NCBI GenBank assembly: GCA_963702425.1
Contig: CAVPCQ010000006.1
Location: forward strand, 192,001 to 256,000
Reading direction: 5' to 3'
Length of the DNA stretch: 64,000 bases
Source: an uncultured Acidobacteriota bacterium
GTDB taxonomy: Bacteria > Acidobacteriota > Polarisedimenticolia > J045
The position numbers and the translations under genes are program-made. Every line of letters starts with the position of its first letter. The stretch's first letter is position 1. A model generated the notes under the pieces. It searched no databases. It had not been told where the DNA came from and saw nothing but the letters and a program-made list of their open reading frames with translations. Shown here in pieces: positions 42,121 to 48,842 of this stretch.

Positions 42121-42237
42121 CTAGCTCTGGATCGGACCGTCGCTGCAGGTGTTGGCATCTGCAAGCGCGCAGCCGACTGCCCGAGCCTCCACCTTCTCAA
42201 CAAAGAGAACGCGGGGCTTCTCGTAAACCTTCTTCAT
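42121..42237 (-). CDS. Putative RiPP precursor peptide (38 aa, not in the ORF track)
   Basis: Hand translation MKKVYEKPRVLFVEKVEARAVGCALADANTCSDGPIQS; SD GGGAGG 7 nt upstream; YxKP leader motif; directly downstream of PqqD and radical SAM genes. Confidence 0.85.
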   Translation of the reverse strand: MKKVYEKPRVLFVEKVEARAVGCALADANTCSDGPIQS

Positions 42238-42356
42238 GAAAATCCTCCCTGCAGGGTGCCGGGATTCCCTCCCGGCGGTTCGTGGTGCGGGTCCCGTCTC
42301 GTTCCAAGCCTGTCCGGAACAAGCTTGGGGCGGGATGTCATCAGGTCGTGTTTTGT

Positions 42357-43457
42357 TTACGCTGGATCGTCGCGGTTGGCAAGTCTTTCTCCGCTGGCAA
42401 CCGCCTGCCCCTCTCCGCGGACGCGTCGGAAGGCCTCGAGCTTCACCAGCCCGGACACCTGGGCCGCCCCGTAAAAGGAATAGGGGCTGCCGGTCTCCTT
42501 CTCGGCCACCGCCGGGCAGAAGGAGGCGAACCCCCCCTCCTCATGCGGGGACAGCGTGGCCCGGGGGACCTCGTCTGCCACCTTCCGCACGAAGTCCAGC
42601 GTCTCGTTGCGGCCGGCCTTCCCCTGCCAGACGGCGTCGAAATCTTCCACCTCGAGGATGTTGCAGACGGCCCGGCGCCAGGCGATACAGGGGAATACAT
42701 CCCCGTAAGGGTCGATCGCGACGCTGGTGCGGCCCGTGCCGCAGTTGTGCTTCATGTCCGCCACCGGCCGGGGGTTCAGCCCTCGCCGACCGAGGCGCAC
42801 CTGGTCGGCCAGGAACGAGATCAGGAACTCCTTCTCAGCGGCGAGAGAGAGCGGTCCGAGATCTCCGTCGTCGGTCGGGTTGATGTTGGTGTCGTAGGTG
42901 ACCTTGTAGCCGAAGCGGTCGGCAAGCGTGTCGATATCCCGCAGTTCCGCCTGGTTGAGGCGCGTGATGGGCGTCTTCAGCGTGACCTTCACACCGGTCT
43001 CGGAAAGATGACCGAGCGCCACGAGCAGGCGATCGAACGAGCCACTGATTCCCGTGAGCCTGTCGTGAGTCGCCGCCCGCGCGCCGTGGATGCTGATTTC
43101 GGTGTCGAAGGGTGCCAGTTCCGCGTAACGCTCGACCTTCGCACGATCGGCCAGCAGCACGCCGTTCGTGTAGACCTTCAACACCAGCCCGCGCTCCCGC
43201 ACACCTTCCGCGATCTTCCAGAAGTCGCGGTGAACGAAGGGCTCTCCGCCCGTCAGGATCATCGTGAACGTGCCTGCGGCCTGGAGCTTCGAAATCGCAG
43301 AGAGCCATTGCTCGCCGTCCAGCTCGTGCCGCTGCTTCGGCGCGTTGTAGCAGAACGAGCAGAGCAGGTTGCACTTGTATGTCAACTCGAGCTGCGCCGT
43401 GATCGGCCGCGACTGCTCGTAGGCACGGTTGACGAGGGTGCTGACATCGATGCTCAC
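42357..43457 (-). CDS. Radical SAM peptide maturase with SPASM/Twitch-like domain
   Basis: ELTYKCNLLCSFCY (CxxxCxxC), LTGGEP, YTNG, ISIHG...HD..TG..GSF; C-terminal CGTG...IDPYGDVFPC...FCP; start GTG 43457 or TTG 43466. Confidence 0.92.
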   Translation of the reverse strand: MSIDVSTLVNRAYEQSRPITAQLELTYKCNLLCSFCYNAPKQRHELDGEQWLSAISKLQAAGTFTMILTGGEPFVHRDFWKIAEGVRERGLVLKVYTNGVLLADRAKVERYAELAPFDTEISIHGARAATHDRLTGISGSFDRLLVALGHLSETGVKVTLKTPITRLNQAELRDIDTLADRFGYKVTYDTNINPTDDGDLGPLSLAAEKEFLISFLADQVRLGRRGLNPRPVADMKHNCGTGRTSVAIDPYGDVFPCIAWRRAVCNILEVEDFDAVWQGKAGRNETLDFVRKVADEVPRATLSPHEEGGFASFCPAVAEKETGSPYSFYGAAQVSGLVKLEAFRRVRGEGQAVASGERLANRDDPA

Positions 43458-43495
43458 GGATGGCAATCCTCTCGCAGTCGCAAGTCCGGGGGGGG

Positions 43496-43792
43496 TTACG
43501 CGGTCGGGACGAGCTCGACCGCGCCGAGCTCGGTCAACTCTGTGAGTGCACCACGCACGTCGCCGACGAGTTCTTCGAGGACCGGTACCTGCTCGTACTC
43601 GGCCGAGAGGATCGAGGCGATCTCCGCCGCCGAGCGTTTGCCGTCGACGAGTTGGAGAACGCGGAGGCTGGTTCCGTTCAGGACGACCTGGAGAGCCTGA
43701 CGGGGGATGACCAGGAGGCCCTCTCCGCCATAGTCCTGGAAGGAGATGTCCCGGTGGCGGCGGTAGATCCGTTCGGTGCTGGCTTCGATCAT
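43496..43792 (-). CDS. PqqD-family RiPP recognition element (RRE)
   Basis: 98 aa; GGEGLLV...LNGTSLRVLQLVDGKRSAAEIASILSAEY...DVRGALTELTELGAV matches the PqqD winged-helix pattern. Confidence 0.9.
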   Translation of the reverse strand: MIEASTERIYRRHRDISFQDYGGEGLLVIPRQALQVVLNGTSLRVLQLVDGKRSAAEIASILSAEYEQVPVLEELVGDVRGALTELTELGAVELVPTA

Positions 43793-43811
43793 GTCGTCCT
43801 CGTGCCGGCGG

Positions 43812-43840
43812 AGTATACGGCGCGCCCTCGAGTCAAACAA
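43812..43840 (-). promoter_or_regulatory. Putative sigma-70 promoter of the PqqD-rSAM-peptide cassette
   Basis: TTGTTT-17 nt-TATACT in an AT-rich patch about 20 nt upstream of the PqqD ATG. Confidence 0.55.
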
Positions 43841-43878
43841 GAAAACTGTTTCCAGATTAGGGCTACGTCACACGACGG

Positions 43879-45723
43879 CTACTTCGCGTCCACGTATCCC
43901 AGGCTCCGCAGCCGTTCGAGAACGTCCGCCTCGAGAGCTCCGCTGGCCGCCGCGCCGGAGGGAGCCGCCACCCGGGCCCGAGTCCTGCGTCGGTCCGATC
44001 CGGCCGTCAGCGCGCCCGCCCCTCCGCTGCACATCCGGGCATCGATCGTGTAGCCCGCGGCGGCGAGGAAGGTCGGGGAGACCTGCTCGAGCCCGACCGA
44101 CGCGGGGATGGCTCCGGCCCCGTCCGGCCAGGCCGCGAAGCCGCGCTCCCATCCCCCCGCCCGTCCCGGCCAGCCGACGAGCGTGACCGGCGCGTCGTCG
44201 CCGACCACGCGGGCCAACTCACGATCGACGACCGCGGCGTGACCGCGCACCGCGGCGAGCATCTCGAACAGGTCCTTCCCCTCGTGGCGGAAGCGCTCGC
44301 GCAGGATGTCGAGCCCCGGCAGGTAGACCGCCGCGACCGCCACGGCGGGGTCGCGCAGCGCATCCTCCAGCGACTGCAGCGCAAAGAGATCGGTCACCAG
44401 GGCCTCGCGCGCGGCGACCGCCGCCGCGTCGCGTGCCTCGCCCAGCGGGCCAGCCTGGTCTTCGGCCGCTGCCAGCCAGGCCGCCGCGCGGGCTTCGCCC
44501 CACGACGGGGGAAAGATCGCCTCGGGCGTACCGCGCCCGCGCCGGGCTGCGACGAGCGCCCCCTCGCTGGCGACGTAGCCGCCCGCGGCGCCCGGCGAGA
44601 CGGCAGGCCAGGTCCCCCACCACTGCACGAGCGCCGTCTTGCGCGCGTCCGCCGTCACCTCCCAGAAGGCCGGGACGCCGCGCACGCCGGCCCGCACCGC
44701 GCGCTGCTCGGTCGGCAGCAGGCGGGTCAGCAGGTCCATCGGCCCGGCCGCGACACCCCGGCCGACCGCCGGCGCGCTGGCGCCGGGCAGGCCGCGCAGG
44801 CTGGCCCCCGAGACGCCGTGGACGGCGCTCGGGCAGCCGGTGGCGATCGTCGTCCAGACCGCGACCGGATCGCTCTCGGCCCCCGCCCGGAGGACCGACA
44901 CCGCCCCGTCGCCGAGCCGCCCGGCGAGCCACGGCGTCGCCCCCTCGCGCGCCAGCCCGCGCGCGGCTTCCAGCGACAATCCGTCCCAGCCGACGAGGAT
45001 CGACCGCGCCGGCGCGCCGGCACGCACCTCGACCGGCTCCCCGCTCCCCTCTCCGGCGCTGGTCGCAACGGCGGCGAGCCCCGCCAGGGCCGCGAGCGCC
45101 ATCGCCAGGCCGAGGGTCCAGAGCGCGGCGCGGGGCGGCGCACGACGCGGTGCACGCCCGGTGGCAATCGCCGCCTGGACCAGCGCCGCCGCCGACACGA
45201 CGCGCCCGGCGAACCCGGCGCCCCCCGCCAGCAGCAGCAGCGACAGCACGCTGGCCCACGAACGGGGCCCGCCGGCGCGGGCCCACCAGACGCCGAGGTA
45301 GAGCGCGAGCGCGCCGGCAACCACCAGCCCTGCCGCCAGCGACGCGCGCCGCGGCGACAGCCCGCCGCGGGCGCGCTCGTAGGCCCGGATCACGAGCCCC
45401 GCGACCGCCTCGGCGAGCGCAACGAAGATCCCCATGACGACCGCGAACAGGAGCGCGTAGAGCACGCCGTCGGGCCACCAGGGGACGAGCCCCCGGCTCT
45501 CGCGGACCAGCACCAGCGCGAGCAGGATCCCCAGCGGCGGCCCGGCGACCAGTCCACCCAGGAGCGCCGTCAGCCAGCCGCCCCGCCCGCTGAAAAAAAG
45601 CCGCTCGAGCGGCGCCTCCAGGTAGCCGCGCTCGCGCAGCGCGTCGCGGACCGCGTCGTAGCCGCGCGGGTCGCCGGCCGGCGACGAGTCGTTCGGTCCC
45701 AGGGGAGGGGGCGGCGCGCTCAA
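43879..45723 (-). CDS. Membrane-anchored alkaline-phosphatase-superfamily (NPP-like) protein
   Basis: N-terminal TM helices; LVGWDGL; WTTIATG...HGV; WWGTWP; YLPGLD; C-terminal LERLRSLGYV. Confidence 0.75.
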   Translation of the reverse strand: MSAPPPPLGPNDSSPAGDPRGYDAVRDALRERGYLEAPLERLFFSGRGGWLTALLGGLVAGPPLGILLALVLVRESRGLVPWWPDGVLYALLFAVVMGIFVALAEAVAGLVIRAYERARGGLSPRRASLAAGLVVAGALALYLGVWWARAGGPRSWASVLSLLLLAGGAGFAGRVVSAAALVQAAIATGRAPRRAPPRAALWTLGLAMALAALAGLAAVATSAGEGSGEPVEVRAGAPARSILVGWDGLSLEAARGLAREGATPWLAGRLGDGAVSVLRAGAESDPVAVWTTIATGCPSAVHGVSGASLRGLPGASAPAVGRGVAAGPMDLLTRLLPTEQRAVRAGVRGVPAFWEVTADARKTALVQWWGTWPAVSPGAAGGYVASEGALVAARRGRGTPEAIFPPSWGEARAAAWLAAAEDQAGPLGEARDAAAVAAREALVTDLFALQSLEDALRDPAVAVAAVYLPGLDILRERFRHEGKDLFEMLAAVRGHAAVVDRELARVVGDDAPVTLVGWPGRAGGWERGFAAWPDGAGAIPASVGLEQVSPTFLAAAGYTIDARMCSGGAGALTAGSDRRRTRARVAAPSGAAASGALEADVLERLRSLGYVDAK

Positions 45724-46604
45724 CGCTCCCTCGTCGCGACGGTGCGCGCGATCGCCTCGAGCACCTCCCCGCGCCGGCCCAGTGGCGCCAGGCTGAGCGC
45801 GGCGGTGTCGAGCAGGTCGGCGGCGAGCTGCCGTGCACCCTCGATGCCGGCGAAGCTGACGAAGCTCGCCCCCGACTCGTCGAGTCCGACGTCCTTGCCG
45901 GTCTTGTCCGGATCGCCGATCACATCGAGCAGGTCGTCGGTGATCTGGAACGCCAGCCCGAGGTTCTTGGCATAGGCCTTCAGCGCCGCCTGTTCGGCCG
46001 CGCCGGCGCCGGCGCGCCGTCCGGCCTCGACCGCGCAGGCGATGAACAGGCTGCCGGTCTTCAGCGCGTGGATCCGCTCCAGCTCCTCGAAGCCCGGAGT
46101 GGCCCCGCGGGCCATCAGGTCCAGCGCTTCTCCCGCGACCATGCCGCTTTCGCCGACGGCCTCCGCCAGCAGCAGGACCGTTCCGACCGCGTCGTCCGGC
46201 CCCATCATCCGCGGGCGGGAGCAGCGCGCGACGTGGCGGTAGGCGCCCGACAGCAGCGCCACCGCGGCGAGGATCGAGGTCGCCTCGCCGAAGACGCGGT
46301 GGCTCGTCGGCGCGCCGCGCCGCCGCAGCGCGTTGTCGAACGACGGCAGGTCGTCGAGGATCAGCGACGAAGCGTGGATCATCTCGACCGCGACGCCCAG
46401 CGGCAGCACGTCCTTCTCGCGGCCGCCGTAGGCCTCGGAGACGGCGAGGCAGACGATCGCCCGGAGCCGCTTCCCGGGCAGCATGAGCGTGTAGCGCATC
46501 GCCTCGACCAGCCGTCCCGCATCGGGGTGGCGCGGCGGGAGCGCTTCCTCGATCGCCGACTCCACGCGCCGCCGCCGGTCGGCCAGATAGGCGTTGAGAT
46601 CCAA
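45720..46604 (-). CDS. ispA: Polyprenyl (farnesyl/geranylgeranyl) diphosphate synthase
   Basis: GKRLR, EMIHASSLILDDLPSFDNALRRRG, KTGSL, LGLAFQITDDLLD, GKDVG. Confidence 0.9.
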   Translation of the reverse strand: MDLNAYLADRRRRVESAIEEALPPRHPDAGRLVEAMRYTLMLPGKRLRAIVCLAVSEAYGGREKDVLPLGVAVEMIHASSLILDDLPSFDNALRRRGAPTSHRVFGEATSILAAVALLSGAYRHVARCSRPRMMGPDDAVGTVLLLAEAVGESGMVAGEALDLMARGATPGFEELERIHALKTGSLFIACAVEAGRRAGAGAAEQAALKAYAKNLGLAFQITDDLLDVIGDPDKTGKDVGLDESGASFVSFAGIEGARQLAADLLDTAALSLAPLGRRGEVLEAIARTVATRER

Positions 46605-46664
46605 CCCGTTGCTCCCTGTGTGCGCGCCGCCGTGCCCCGAGTGGGCCGATGATGGCCCCGGGTC

Positions 46665-47902
46665 GTGCAGCGGGCCACCCGGGAGGGGACCATGCGCCGG
46701 CGGCCCCTCGTTCCTACATTAGGTCTCGTGGGGAAGGACAACCGCGAACGCCGCCAGACGGCGGCAGCCTGGCTGGTGGCCGGGCTGGCGCTCGGGGCTG
46801 CGGCGCTGGCGCTGAGCCCCTGGTTCTCGTGGCGCTTCGCGATCGCGCCGTTCCAGCCGGGGGGCGGGGCGGGCGACGAGCCGGCGGGATCCCGGGCGGT
46901 CCAGGCCGCCCCGGCCCAGCGCGATCCCGACCCTTCGGAGCTGCTGCCCGTCGATGCCGCGGCGGCCGAGGTCCCGGCCCTTCGCGGGGGCCGCGTCGCG
47001 GGGCCCTCGGGCGCGGCCCGGCTCGACCTTCCGCCGGGTGCGTTGCCGGCCGACGCGCGGGTCGAGATCGCGCGCCTCGCGGAGCCCGACCCGCTCGGCG
47101 GCGGCGCGTCGGTGGACCTGCGGCCGGAGGGCCTCAGGCTGCGTACGCCGGCGCGGCTGGAGCTGCCCGTGCCGGCCGGGTTCGCACCCGAGCAATTGGA
47201 GATCGCCGTCTTCGACGCCGATCGCCAGCGCTGGGAACCGGAGCCGCGGCAGGAATTCGATCACGCCGGCGTCCGACTGGTCGCCGAGATCGAGCACTTC
47301 TCGTTCCGCCGCGTGCGGATCCGTCCCGGGATGAACTTCCCATACGACCCGAAGCGCAGCGGAGCCACGTTCGCACTCTCTGACGACCTCGACCAGAGCT
47401 ACGAGAAGCTCGTCGACGGGCGCTGGGTCGCGGTCGGCCGGCGCTCGACGGAGTATCGCGAACTGGTGCAGTGTCGGGACGCGGGGGACGCCACGCGCTG
47501 ATCGCTGCGGGGCGGCTGCGCGCCGTGGCCGGCCCGCCGCATGCGCAAGCGATCGTCGACGACGACCGGGTCACCGCCAGCCTGCCGGCGGGGGTGCCCG
47601 AGGGACGGACCGGCTGGGTCCGCGTGACCGCGCTCGACGAGCGCGGCCGGCCGACGCCGCGCACGATCGTGGCGCAGGTCATCGGCGAAACGCCGCCCGC
47701 GCTGGTGCAGTCGGGGCTGTCGGTCCGGCTGAGCCGCGCGGCGATGGAGCAGCTGGGGCTGGTCTTCGGGGTCGATTTCGGCGTCGACCGCGAGGCCCCA
47801 GACCAGGGCTGGATCCGGTACACGTCGGCCGCGGACGGCGTGGCGACGTTCCGGGTGACGGTCCAGCTCGAGCCGGCGCAGCCGCCGCCGCGGCCGTCGT
47901 AG
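46665..47902 (+). CDS. Membrane-anchored hypothetical protein with ZU5-like domain; frameshift near 47480
   Basis: TM segment, then LDLPPGAL...LRPEGL.L..PA.L....IEHFS (ZU5-like pattern); continues in ORF 47471-47902. Confidence 0.55.
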
Positions 47903-48802
47903 TCAGAGCGCGTCGATCAGGTCCCAGAAGCGCGGGCTCTTCGTGAAGTGCAGGTCGTAGACGGGGACGCTCGCGACGAACCGTGCGACGAGCCCGGTGA
48001 GCCCCTCGTGCGGCACGCCCCAACTCGTGCACGAACGGGACGCTGGCCGAGACCGTGGCGATCGAGCGCGCCGAGGGAGAGGCGCTCGAGCCGGTCGTCG
48101 GGCGCCTGGCGCAGGCGGAAAGCCGCCGGCGATCGGCGAGGCGCCGCGCACGTGCGCTCGGCCGGCGCGTAGACCATGTAGAAAGGCACGGCCCACGCGA
48201 CGGGTCGCTCGCCCGAGACGTCGATCATCACCATGTCGTCGGAGAGCGCCCTGCCGCGGCGCGGAGAACGCGGTCGCCGTGCTCTTCCCCGCCCCCGAGG
48301 GGCCGAAGAACAGGAGGCGCGGTCGCCGGCAGGATGCCGGTGGTGTGGAGCAGGAAGGCCTGCGCTCGATCGACAGCAACTGGCCGGCGACGCGCAGGAA
48401 GTTCTCGATCGACATGCTGAAGCGCTTAAAGATCCGGTCGGTCAGGGTCACCTCGCCGTACCCGCCGCCAGGTCGAGCCAGCCGTCCTCCCAGTGGGAGC
48501 GCACCCGGTACCGGCCCGGCGCCTGGCGCTCGACTTCGATCTCGGTGGCCCCGCCCGGCGGAGGGAGCGGCACGAAGACGCCCGTCCCCTCGCGACAGGT
48601 ACGACCAGGTCGGAGCGGCGCGCGGGTCCGCGGGGCTCGGCGAAGGCAGGTACTGCGGCGCGACGAATCCGTCCCAGGTTGCCGGCAGGCCGAGCACGCG
48701 CACCACGAGCGGGCCGAGCAGGAGGTCGAAGTCGACGCGGCCGGGCGCGACGGGGGCGCGCAAGATCTCCGGGCTCTCGTGGCTTGGTTCGTGCGGAGGC
48801 AT
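47903..48802 (-). CDS. HPr-kinase-related P-loop protein (several compensating frameshifts; pseudogene or assembly error)
   Basis: Motifs spread over frames: ENFLRV, LLHTTGI, FFGPSGAGKST, ALSDDMV, AVPF, LHFTKSPRFWDLI. Confidence 0.7.
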   Translation of the reverse strand: MPPHEPSHESPEILRAPVAPGRVDFDLLLGPLVVRVLGLPATWDGFVAPQYLPSPSPADPRAAPTWSYLSRGDGRLRAAPSAGRGHRDRSRAPGAGPVPGALPLGGRLARPGGGYGEVTLTDRIFKRFSMSIENFLRVAGQLLSIERRPSCSTPPASCRRPRLLFFGPSGAGKSTATAFSAPRQGALRRHGDDRRLGRATRRVGRAFLHGLRAGRAHVRGASPIAGGFPPAPGARRPARAPLPRRARSPRSRPASRSCTSWGVPHEGLTGLVARFVASVPVYDLHFTKSPRFWDLIDAL

Positions 48803-48842
48803 TCGGGATCCGAGGGCTCTCGTGCGGCCAGCGCGGACTGTA

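Noticed and set aside
42121-43792. PQQ, mycofactocin or lasso peptide biosynthesis
   Set aside because: No ExxxY (PqqA) or IDGxCGVY (MftA) core. No pqqB/pqqC, and no lasso cyclase or transglutaminase-like protease in the window.
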